A stretch of DNA of 52,606 nucleotides, taken from positions 1-52,606 of IMG/VR virus record IMGVR_UViG_3300037540_000099; one strand, given 5' to 3'. Position 1 is the stretch's first letter. Each line of letters starts with the position of its first letter. This DNA comes from a virus. Taxonomy: Duplodnaviria; Caudoviricetes. The notes below the pieces were generated by a model that saw only the letters and a program-made list of their open reading frames with translations, searched no databases and was not told the origin of the DNA. The translations under genes were made by a program, and so were the position numbers. Below are positions 9,231 through 17,169 of this stretch, piece by piece.

Positions 9231-9424
9231 GGGGAGGTCCCGCCCGGGAGAGGTTGTGCCAACACGTCTTTGAGTTCCTGGCGCTTTATCTTGTACGCCA
9301 CGACCTTCCGCCGCGCTTCATCCTCATGCCCTTCAAGCATGTCCGTTGCGATACCATACCTGAGGCTGTGAACCATGTCATCCAGCTTGCGATGCTCGAT
9401 ACTTCCTCGCTTGATTCCATCCAT
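9227..9424 (-). CDS. Small hypothetical protein
   Basis: AAGGGAG RBS. Confidence 0.6.
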   Translation of the reverse strand: MDGIKRGSIEHRKLDDMVHSLRYGIATDMLEGHEDEARRKVVAYKIKRQELKDVLAQPLPGGTSP

Positions 9425-9454
9425 CGTCTCGGCTCCCTTCAGTTGGTGGGGCGG

Positions 9455-9637
9455 TCAGTCGGCCAGGTGCTTCTTCTCTTTGCGCTTGATACGGGCGAGT
9501 TCGCGGCGCAGCGCCCGCTCCATCAGGTCGCGGCGCGAGACGGTTTCGCCTCGGCTTGCGGCTTCCTCTCGGGCTGCCTGGTCAACTTCATCGAGTAGCT
9601 TCCGACTAATGAGTCCCGCCTGCTTGTCGTCTGCCAT
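9455..9637 (-). CDS. Ribbon-helix-helix (Arc/CopG-like) regulator, first early gene
   Basis: ISRKLLDEVDQAA...VSRRDLMERAL pattern; AAGGAGG RBS; directly after the strong promoter. Confidence 0.7.
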   Translation of the reverse strand: MADDKQAGLISRKLLDEVDQAAREEAASRGETVSRRDLMERALRRELARIKRKEKKHLAD

Positions 9638-9666
9638 CAGGTCCTCCTTCCGTACCGCGTTTACGA

Positions 9667-9695
9667 ACTATAGTCTATATACCTTGTAGTGTCAA
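9667..9695 (-). promoter_or_regulatory. Strong sigma70-like early promoter TTGACA-N17-TATAGT
   Basis: Near-consensus -35 at 9695-9690 and -10 at 9672-9667 in a conspicuously AT-rich intergenic stretch. Confidence 0.85.
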
Positions 9696-9729
9696 TAGTC
9701 CAGGGTGAGGTTTCTAGTTTTTACCGCAC

Positions 9730-9770
9730 CCAAAACCGAGCCCCCCGCCGGTTGCTCGGCGAGGGGCTCG
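9730..9770 (-). terminator. Rho-independent terminator ending the late/lysis operon
   Basis: CGAGCCCC..GCCG-loop-CGGC..GGGGCTCG stem followed by GTTTT on the minus strand. Confidence 0.7.
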
Positions 9771-9800
9771 CGATTCGGACGAACGAAAGGGGCGAACAGT

Positions 9801-10115
9801 CTATGAGGCACCACCTCCGGGAGATGTAGCGGGCGGCTCCGTCTTCGCCTGTTCCTCCGCAACGAACCAAGCAATGACCGCCGTCACCGGGGCTGCGCTC
9901 CAAGTGAGCAGGCCGACAGAGGCGCAGAGACTCGTTGAGAGAACAGCGCAGACGAAGCCCGCGATAGGTTGGATGGTCTTCCGGCCCTTCAGCTTGAGGG
10001 TGCGCTTGAGGAAGCCGACGATGCTCTTGCCGATCATGCCAGAGAGCACGCCCATCACGGCTACTACTAGGAGCACCTGCAGGCTGTCGCCGTCAACGAG
10101 GTCTATGATGCTCAT
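9801..10115 (-). CDS. Putative holin
   Basis: 104 aa, about 3 hydrophobic segments with a basic loop, directly after the endolysin. Confidence 0.65.
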   Translation of the reverse strand: MSIIDLVDGDSLQVLLVVAVMGVLSGMIGKSIVGFLKRTLKLKGRKTIQPIAGFVCAVLSTSLCASVGLLTWSAAPVTAVIAWFVAEEQAKTEPPATSPGGGAS

Positions 10116-10118
10116 CGA

Positions 10119-10790
10119 TCAGCCCTCCAAGGCGCGGCGAAGCATCGTCACGACTTCCGCGCGGGTCGCTGGGTCATCAGCTCGCGTTCCGTCCATGATG
10201 CCATTCTCGACTGCCCAGTCAATCTCCGCTTGCGCCCAGTGCGGCTGTTCGGGAGGTGCGTCCAATGCCGCTGCTACTCGTGCGCGAACGCTTGCCAAGT
10301 TGATTGCGCTGCCAGGGCATGTCTTCGAGGAGAACTCGGTGTGGAAACGGACGTTGGTCTCCGTCAGCGCGAACCGCTTACAGAGGATGGCCATCACCTT
10401 GACGGCAGTCGGCAGGCAAGCCTCTGGGTCTTCCTCGCCCACGTCGTAGTTGCCTATCATAGCAACGCCGATGCTGTACCCGTTATAACCTTGGCAATGG
10501 GCACCCGTCTTCTGTACGGGCCGTAAGAGCCACACACTTCCGTCCGGGCCAACACCGACGTGATAGCCGATGTCACTCCAGCCCTTCGCGTCAACGTGGT
10601 AGTCTTGAATGCCTTCCCACGTTGCAAGGTCGTCGTACCACTCAGCCCTCGGCTTCCAGGTATGGTGCAGGAAGACCTCATCCATCCTGCGGTTCGGCGG
10701 TGCCTCCATCACGAGGTCATGGAACGTCTCGACCGTCACAGGTTCCAGCCGCGACCTTCCCGGCGCTATGTCAGTCCACCAGTGGGCCAT
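10119..10790 (-). CDS. Endolysin: N-acetylmuramoyl-L-alanine amidase (Amidase_2) plus C-terminal SLH domain
   Basis: LHHT, GWSDIGYH, GAHC.G.N..SIG, H...SKTCPG; C-terminal HWAQAEIDWAVENGIMDG...ATRAE is SLH-like. Confidence 0.92.
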   Translation of the reverse strand: MAHWWTDIAPGRSRLEPVTVETFHDLVMEAPPNRRMDEVFLHHTWKPRAEWYDDLATWEGIQDYHVDAKGWSDIGYHVGVGPDGSVWLLRPVQKTGAHCQGYNGYSIGVAMIGNYDVGEEDPEACLPTAVKVMAILCKRFALTETNVRFHTEFSSKTCPGSAINLASVRARVAAALDAPPEQPHWAQAEIDWAVENGIMDGTRADDPATRAEVVTMLRRALEG

Positions 10791-10793
10791 CCC

Positions 10794-11210
10794 TCACTCC
10801 TCCTGTCGTCGTCCCCCGGCGCCGGTTGGAGCACTGCCGGCACCGTTGGGGCGATGACCGTTCAGCGGGCCGGCGCCAGGGGACTTCTCGGGTGCGACCA
10901 TCTTCTTCAGATCCTTGACGCGCTGCTCTATGTCTACCAGTTCCTCGGCAATGTCCTCCAGCGGGTCGGCGATCATATCGCGCACCTGCTGCTCGGTGAT
11001 GTGCGGATCAGCTTCGTGCTCAATCTGGCGGTCAACAACCGCGCGGTCCTGCTGGACTGCCGCCCAGCCGCAGAGCAACGTGCCGACGAACAGCCCGATC
11101 TGCCAGAGCGTGCAGACCCACCGCTTCCGGTAGGTGCAGACTTCATCGACATCCGTGAAATAACTGACGGGGGATTCGGTCTCAGGTTCTGGTTCGGGAA
11201 GAGCCGACAC
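10794..11210 (-). CDS. Membrane protein with coiled coil (lysis cassette, possibly spanin-like)
   Basis: One TM segment plus heptad-rich region and a Pro/Gly tail. Confidence 0.55.
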   Translation of the reverse strand: MSALPEPEPETESPVSYFTDVDEVCTYRKRWVCTLWQIGLFVGTLLCGWAAVQQDRAVVDRQIEHEADPHITEQQVRDMIADPLEDIAEELVDIEQRVKDLKKMVAPEKSPGAGPLNGHRPNGAGSAPTGAGGRRQEE

Positions 11211-11221
11211 ATCGCACCCAC

Positions 11222-11512
11222 CTAACCTTTTACGGCGGCTTCGATGTCAGCGAGGTCCTGCTGAATCCGTTCCAGCGAGTCGTCGATGTTATCGAGCTTG
11301 GCTTCGACCTCGGTCCGGGGGACGTAGACAGTGGGGAGGTCGCTCATGTCATCACGAAGCTCGTCGGTCGTGTTGCCATTGGCCTCCACCTTCATGTACG
11401 TCACCCCACTGGCGAAGGATAGCCCGACGAGAAGCACCAGGACAGCCACGGTGACGGGGGTGTTCTTGGAGATCGGGCGCTGCACCTCGGGAGCTTCGGC
11501 CATTCTGAGCAC
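11222..11512 (-). CDS. Single-TM coiled-coil protein (holin/antiholin-like)
   Basis: TM VTVAVLVLLVGLSFASGV then KLDNIDDSLERIQQDL. Confidence 0.6.
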   Translation of the reverse strand: MLRMAEAPEVQRPISKNTPVTVAVLVLLVGLSFASGVTYMKVEANGNTTDELRDDMSDLPTVYVPRTEVEAKLDNIDDSLERIQQDLADIEAAVKG

Positions 11513-11605
11513 TCCTCACAGAATCGATTCTAGGCGCCTTTCATCCTGCCCGCCACCCTAGCCCGATCAGATGCCCAAACGCCGCGAGAGGGGCCTTCTC
11601 GACGG

Positions 11606-11983
11606 TCAAATCGGGTTCGTAACGGTGATTGTGCCGGACCAGATAGTCTTAGTGGCACCATCTACCATTACCGGATCATCGGAATCGATCACGGCTTCTA
11701 CGCCGTACTTATAGGAACCATCCCAAGTTGCAGAGTCTGTTGCCGTGATCAGAATGCGGATCTCGTTGCTATTGTCCCCGCTCGCACTGATCGTCGGGTT
11801 CTGGAGGGTCTGTGCTGCCCCGTCCGCGTCCTCTACCCGAAGCGTGATGCTCGTCCACCCGCTCGCATCCCATGCGGTTCCGTCAGCCGTGAGCGCGAGG
11901 GTATCGTCTATCGTCTGGCCCTGCTCCAGATCGTAATTGCGAGGCTCTGGCAGCTTGTTGAATCTCCGCGTCAGCGTGGCCAT
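11606..11983 (-). CDS. Virion protein, BppU-N-like beta domain
   Basis: QGQT....L..DG.A.D pattern, Y.Y.VE, final G.ITV. Confidence 0.6.
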   Translation of the reverse strand: MATLTRRFNKLPEPRNYDLEQGQTIDDTLALTADGTAWDASGWTSITLRVEDADGAAQTLQNPTISASGDNSNEIRILITATDSATWDGSYKYGVEAVIDSDDPVMVDGATKTIWSGTITVTNPI

Positions 11984-11987
11984 GAGA

Positions 11988-12845
11988 TCACTCCACGTTC
12001 AGCGTGTCGGCGGCTGTAAGCACATCGAGGGCATCCGCGGCCGTCGTCACGTCAAGGGTATCTGCTGCAGTGAGGATGTCAAGGGTGTCGAGGGGGAGCG
12101 GAAGGACGGCCCCGCTGAAGAGCCAGGCCAAGTCAGCCACCCGCAGCATCGCGTACCTGTCGCGATAGAGGGTACGCGCCTCCCCTGCCGTGAGTGCTCG
12201 ATTCCAGTAGCGGCAGTACCCGATGTCCCCGTAGTGCCGGAGGGTCCCGCCGCTATGGGAGCCGATGAAGAATGAGGTGAAGCTGTCGGCGTCCAGCGCA
12301 CCCGCGACCGAGTTCGTATCTGTCTGTAGGACCCCATCGCGATACATATGCTGCGTGCTGCCATCGTAGATGCAAACCAGATGCGCCCACTCATCGGTGA
12401 CTGCGTTGGTGTCTGAGTCGATCCTCCGAGCGGTGCTCTCTGAGCCATCGAGGCGAATCTGAAACTGCCAGTCACTCGACGTGTTCGATCGATAGACGCT
12501 GACGGTGGCCGCGTTAGCATTCTTGCGGTCGATGGCGTAGCTGGTCTGTGCAGTACCATCCCAGGCCAGGAACAGCTCGACGCTCACGAGTCCCGTGTTG
12601 AGACTCGCCCCGGTGCCACAGTCCACGTACCGCCCTGTTCCGCCCGATGGCCGGAGTGCATATCCTTCACGCCCACCGACCCAGGTCGGCGGGGTTGCCG
12701 TGAGGGTCCCGTGGTTCCCGCGCCCGCTGGCGTCCTGCGCGTTCAGTCCGGCGCCCTCGGTAAACATCCATGCGCCAACGAGCCCCCTCGTGAGCGGGTC
12801 GCCCGGCACAAGGATGGCCGGATGTGACGGCTTCCACTGGGCCAT
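11988..12845 (-). CDS. LamG/concanavalin-A-like domain virion protein (possible receptor binding)
   Basis: GLVGAWMF.EG.G....DASGRGNHGTL; W.HLVCIYDG....MYRDG; IG...G.I...RYWNRAL. Confidence 0.85.
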   Translation of the reverse strand: MAQWKPSHPAILVPGDPLTRGLVGAWMFTEGAGLNAQDASGRGNHGTLTATPPTWVGGREGYALRPSGGTGRYVDCGTGASLNTGLVSVELFLAWDGTAQTSYAIDRKNANAATVSVYRSNTSSDWQFQIRLDGSESTARRIDSDTNAVTDEWAHLVCIYDGSTQHMYRDGVLQTDTNSVAGALDADSFTSFFIGSHSGGTLRHYGDIGYCRYWNRALTAGEARTLYRDRYAMLRVADLAWLFSGAVLPLPLDTLDILTAADTLDVTTAADALDVLTAADTLNVE

Positions 12846-13207
12846 TAGATCCCGGTGACCTCGCTGACCTCGATACGGACAGTAACGTCCTGGCCGGTAT
12901 TACTGCCCGAGACGGAGCGGATGTATAGCGTCCCCATATCAATGGGGACGGGCCACGACACTACCTCGTTGTTGCCCGTGCTGCCCACGAGAGGGCCACC
13001 CAGATCGTACCAGTTGGAGTTATCGGCGCTCTCCTGCAACTGCACTTGCGCGGCGACAGTCGGGCCGGTGGCACCATTGGTTAGTTTGACGAATGCCTTG
13101 CCGCCATATCCATCCGTGAGGTTTACTCCGGTAGAGGTGTCGTCACCCGCGCCCGCAGTCAACGTCACATCGTCCTCTACGACTGTCACGACCTTGGTGC
13201 TCGCCAT
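12845..13207 (-). CDS. Virion structural protein
   Basis: T/G/V-rich beta composition, VQLQESAD..NW motif; located in the tail module. Confidence 0.65.
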   Translation of the reverse strand: MASTKVVTVVEDDVTLTAGAGDDTSTGVNLTDGYGGKAFVKLTNGATGPTVAAQVQLQESADNSNWYDLGGPLVGSTGNNEVVSWPVPIDMGTLYIRSVSGSNTGQDVTVRIEVSEVTGI

Positions 13208-13446
13208 TAGGGAGTCACCCCCTCAGGGAAGCGTTCGGTGATGCGGTTCGCAAGCTGTGTCTGCCTCGCCTCGCGCTGCGTCCATTCCGTGTGAGCAGCT
13301 TGGGCATCGGTCACGAAGTCGCCGACGCTACCTTCCTTGTCGCCGTTGAGCCGCCGCGAGAAGTTGAAGCCATCCGGCCAAGTTGCTGCTACCCTTCCGA
13401 CTTTGGCCTTGTCTTCGTCGAGTGCTACCGTGATCGTTGGCCTCAT
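13207..13446 (-). CDS. Hypothetical tail-module protein
   Basis: TAATG coupling at both ends. Confidence 0.6.
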   Translation of the reverse strand: MRPTITVALDEDKAKVGRVAATWPDGFNFSRRLNGDKEGSVGDFVTDAQAAHTEWTQREARQTQLANRITERFPEGVTP

Positions 13447-14324
13447 TAGACCAGCCTCCCATAGGCTACCAGCCAAGCATCTGCCGCGCCGGCTGCTACG
13501 GCGCCATTGGCGGCATTGTCTACTCGGGCCCGCACGCTATCGCCTGCGGCAAACGTGCGGTTCTGCACAGGCTCTGCGCCGGACTTGGTGGCCTTGTCGG
13601 TGTCATCGTGCGCGAAGAACAGGCGCTGCCCTGCCGCGTTCCATACTGCGGCCTCGCTACCGTCAGAGCCAGACACCTTGTAAACGGAGTGATAAGTCGG
13701 CCCGTTGCCTGTGCCGCAGTTCTCCATTATCCCCTTTACGCCCTCAAGCCAGAAGCTCCGACCATCGCTGCCACCGTACACGCCGAAGGCATCGTCGCCG
13801 TCGCTCAGACTGCCTGGGATGTTGAGCTGGAACTCATGGTATACGAGGCCCATGCGCTTGTAATCGACGAGGCCGCTGAGAGTGTCGCTGCCATTCCAGG
13901 TGACCTCGCCGAGCAGCAGATAGCCCGCGCCCGGATCGGCGGTTGCCTTCTGGTAGGGCGTCGTGTCGTTCGTCGGGTCGATGTAGAGGTAATGAAGGAC
14001 GGCGCTGTCGCTTGCCGAGAAGCTGATCGTCGAGTTAGCGGGCTCATACCTCTTCCCCTCGCACCAGGCCACACCCGAGGCGATCACGATGGTCGTTGTG
14101 CTGATGGAGATCGCACAGCCAGACTCAACCCCGTTGAGGGTGTGGGCCTCCATGCGCTCTTCGAACTCAGCCTGTAGCCCGGTCTGCAGCGTGTTGATGA
14201 AGGAGCTCGTGGCAGTCTGCTTCGCTGCCTGAGTGGTCTTGCCATCGATCTCCTTGCGTGAGGCCATGATGCAGAGGATTGCAGCCACGACCCACGGCAG
14301 GATTATTGTCAGCATTGCGTTCAC
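13446..14324 (-). CDS. Tail/baseplate-associated structural protein
   Basis: NGVESGCAIS...VIASGVAWCEG motif typical of tail fibre/baseplate N-domains; hydrophobic N-terminus; start uncertain. Confidence 0.65.
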   Translation of the reverse strand: MNAMLTIILPWVVAAILCIMASRKEIDGKTTQAAKQTATSSFINTLQTGLQAEFEERMEAHTLNGVESGCAISISTTTIVIASGVAWCEGKRYEPANSTISFSASDSAVLHYLYIDPTNDTTPYQKATADPGAGYLLLGEVTWNGSDTLSGLVDYKRMGLVYHEFQLNIPGSLSDGDDAFGVYGGSDGRSFWLEGVKGIMENCGTGNGPTYHSVYKVSGSDGSEAAVWNAAGQRLFFAHDDTDKATKSGAEPVQNRTFAAGDSVRARVDNAANGAVAAGAADAWLVAYGRLV

Positions 14325-14334
14325 CTCGCGCCTT

Positions 14335-14616
14335 TTATTCCCACATGAAGTCGTCCCAGGCCGCTACATCCCAGTACCCGATCCAAGGCGTCTTCTCGCT
14401 ATCCCAGTAGTTCACATCCCACTGCCCTGCATCCCACTCCAACGGTTCGGCCTCGCCATAGGCCCAGCCGTGGTCATCCCACCGGCCAAGATCCCAAATC
14501 AGGATGTCCTGATTGTTCTCCGTGCCTTCGCTGCCTCCCAAGTGGGGGCCTGCCGCGCCGGTCCTCACCGTCGCGCTCACTACCCGCCGTACCCCTCGCG
14601 CTCGTTTGTAGCTCAC
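14335..14616 (-). CDS. Small Trp-Asp repeat tail protein
   Basis: Repeated WDxxx units; GTGA-coupled to the upstream gene. Confidence 0.6.
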   Translation of the reverse strand: MSYKRARGVRRVVSATVRTGAAGPHLGGSEGTENNQDILIWDLGRWDDHGWAYGEAEPLEWDAGQWDVNYWDSEKTPWIGYWDVAAWDDFMWE

Positions 14617-16793
14617 GAGGCCACCTCATACTTGAGTTCCAGCCAGAAGGTCGACTTTGCATTCATGTTGCCAGCCTGTTGGTTGCCCTGGTCTTGAATC
14701 ACGCGGTAAATCGTGTTTGCGGGCACGCCCACGTTCGGGACCGTCACGTCTACCCACGAACCAGGCGGCAAGTCCGTCTTCAGGTCGCGCGTCCACTTGA
14801 AGAGCCGCTTGGTACGCATCGCTTGAGTGAGCCGGACAGCCGCCTGCACCTCTGGGTCCCGCGCATCGTCGGCACTCAGAATCTCCATCCACACATCGGC
14901 GATGAAGAAGTCATCGGTTTCGTCCGCGATGCTATCCTCGTCGAAGGCGACGTGGGCTGTCCCGTCCTTCGCGAGCGCGACGATGAAGTTGCGGAAGTCG
15001 TCGTCTTCGACCTCGGCTTTGACGCGGTTGATCAGATCATCGCCCGTCGCCGTGCTCTCGTCAAGCGTGAAGTCGGCCGACGAGTAGATCGCATCTTCCT
15101 CCGTGTAGAGGTTGCCGCTCGTGTCGACCGACAGCGGACTGAGGCCCATAGATCGGAAGACCGCATCGAGCCCCTTGTGAACCTCGGTCTCCTGGTCAAA
15201 ATCCCAGGCCAGCTCCTTCACGCCCTGATCATCGATAGCACGGACCTCGTAGTCAGCCGGGCAGGTGAATGTCCCTCCGAAGCCGCATCGTGTCAGCCAC
15301 CACTGCGCCCATTCGTCCAGATACCAGCGGCCGTTGACGCGGCTGGGAGGCCCATCGCTCAGAGGGGAGCAAGGCCACAGCATGTACTTCTTCCCCTGCA
15401 TCCGAGCGCCGATGAAATCGCGCCCGCTGATTCTCCAGGTTGGAGTGATCCCCTGTTCCCGCGTGGCCTGCTTTACAGCCTTCGGGCGCTCAATGTAGCC
15501 CTTCATGATCGCGGTCTTCAGACCAGCCCAACCTGCCGTGATGTCAACCGGCATGTTCGGCTTCAGATATGCAGCCCAGATTCCGTGAGGGTCTCGCAGG
15601 TTCGCAGAGAACGTCCAGCCACGCCGCCAGGTGCGCCGCCAAGTGAGGCTCTGAAGTTCGGCCGGGTCCTTGTCCGCTGCGACCATAGCCGTCGCCTGCG
15701 TCTGTGTCGTCTTCGGATCGGATCGTGGAGCACTCAAGGTAGCATCGCGGACTTCGTGAACCACCGAGACCAGCGGCCGGTCGTTCACGCTGTCGCCTCG
15801 CGTGAGCGTGATGATTGGACGGGTGAACCAAGTCTCAGGTCCCCCGCCGATGCTCTCTTCGACGCCGACCGTGCCATTCGAGTAGAACGATTCCGACCAC
15901 TTGTACGTACCCGCTGCAGCATCGATGAATGTGGGCCGACTCGCGCTTCGGTAGGGTTCGGCGGTTCCGGTCTCGGGGTAGACGATCTGCGCGAGGTTGG
16001 CCATGCCGGCATGGCCCTCGAATTCCACCGCGACAAGCCCCGCAGTCGGTATCGCAAAGGCGTCGGGCCTGTAGATCCACGGCTCCTTCAGGTCACCGTA
16101 CATGATCACAAGGCAACCATCCGTCGACTCGATCCATACCGAGCGTCGGCGCGGCCTCGTTTCGAGTCCGGCACTCATGGCCGCGACGCGCTCCATGCGA
16201 TCCACCTGTGTCCAGGTCGTGCTATCGTCTATCGCACCTTCGGCGTAGCTGAGTGTCGGCCACTTCGCGGCTGCGCTCTGGTGAGGGATCTTCAGCCGGT
16301 AGCTAATCGCATCCTCTTCACCGACACCCCGAAGCTCGATGATCGTGGAGACCTCTAGCGTTTGGCTCGGCGGGGGCACGAAGTCGATCAGGTGAACGCA
16401 GTAACGGGGGGCTGTTTCGGGTGCGCCTCGCACCGCTACCCCTCGCTCATTGGGCTCACTCCGCGTGTAACTCAACCAGGTCACTGAGGGGTTGCTGTCC
16501 GGTCGTTCGAGCCGCCAGTTACCGTAACGCCCGGAGGTGCCGACAGGGAAGGACCAATCATCGAGCGACTGATCTTCGGGAAGTGCCGTGCCCTGGAGGC
16601 CGAGAAGGTCAAGCCCGGGCACGATCTCACAGCCGTCCAGCTTCCACAGTGGGGAGAATGACCTGCGCTCGGAGGGGCGTTGCTGACGGTCGGCGGGGAA
16701 CGTCCAATCGAAGCCGAAGCCGTGCTTATCGATTCGGCCGAGCTCATCGGCTACATCGAATGAGAGCTCTGCCGTCGGGCGGGTGTTGGCCAT
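14613..16793 (-). CDS. Minor tail / baseplate hub (Tal-like) protein
   Basis: C-terminal half has FSANLRDP..LKPNMPVDITAGW..GYIE..ISGRD and LPPGSWVDV, typical of tail hub proteins. Start uncertain (16793 or 16901). Confidence 0.7.
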   Translation of the reverse strand: MANTRPTAELSFDVADELGRIDKHGFGFDWTFPADRQQRPSERRSFSPLWKLDGCEIVPGLDLLGLQGTALPEDQSLDDWSFPVGTSGRYGNWRLERPDSNPSVTWLSYTRSEPNERGVAVRGAPETAPRYCVHLIDFVPPPSQTLEVSTIIELRGVGEEDAISYRLKIPHQSAAAKWPTLSYAEGAIDDSTTWTQVDRMERVAAMSAGLETRPRRRSVWIESTDGCLVIMYGDLKEPWIYRPDAFAIPTAGLVAVEFEGHAGMANLAQIVYPETGTAEPYRSASRPTFIDAAAGTYKWSESFYSNGTVGVEESIGGGPETWFTRPIITLTRGDSVNDRPLVSVVHEVRDATLSAPRSDPKTTQTQATAMVAADKDPAELQSLTWRRTWRRGWTFSANLRDPHGIWAAYLKPNMPVDITAGWAGLKTAIMKGYIERPKAVKQATREQGITPTWRISGRDFIGARMQGKKYMLWPCSPLSDGPPSRVNGRWYLDEWAQWWLTRCGFGGTFTCPADYEVRAIDDQGVKELAWDFDQETEVHKGLDAVFRSMGLSPLSVDTSGNLYTEEDAIYSSADFTLDESTATGDDLINRVKAEVEDDDFRNFIVALAKDGTAHVAFDEDSIADETDDFFIADVWMEILSADDARDPEVQAAVRLTQAMRTKRLFKWTRDLKTDLPPGSWVDVTVPNVGVPANTIYRVIQDQGNQQAGNMNAKSTFWLELKYEVAS

Positions 16794-16866
16794 ATCCGAA
16801 GGCACCTCGCGCGACCGTACTGTTGTGGCTATCGGGGAGGCCCGCCGGAGCCGACCATCCGTTACC

Positions 16867-17169
16867 CTATGCGACCCCTCCACCGACCCAGGACTTGCCA
16901 CCGTCTTGCGAGTAGTAGCTGACCATGTTGCCCTGCCTGCTGAACCACACCTGAAGATCCCTCGTCTCGAAGCTCAGGATCGTTGGCTTGACGCGACTGG
17001 CCACCGAGCAGATCATCTTCTCCGTCTCACCGTCGCTGAAGAGGCCGTCCGTGCTACCCTTATCGATGGAGACTCGACACCAGAGCTTCCCGCCCCGGTA
17101 GCCTGCTCCGAATAGCGTCCCCATGTGCTCCGCCACGTCAGCCTGCTCAAGGTCGCTGCAGAAGGGCAT
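16867..17169 (-). CDS. Small BNR/Asp-box tail protein
   Basis: SIDKGST and YSQDGGKSW Asp-box motifs. Confidence 0.65.
   Translation of the reverse strand: MPFCSDLEQADVAEHMGTLFGAGYRGGKLWCRVSIDKGSTDGLFSDGETEKMICSVASRVKPTILSFETRDLQVWFSRQGNMVSYYSQDGGKSWVGGGVA

Noticed and set aside
14679-16358. Long + strand ORFs (e.g. 14679-16358, 28795-30042, 30636-32003, 35984-37474, 41907-42854)
   Set aside because: They are antisense shadows of well-supported minus-strand genes in GC-rich DNA and carry no motifs.
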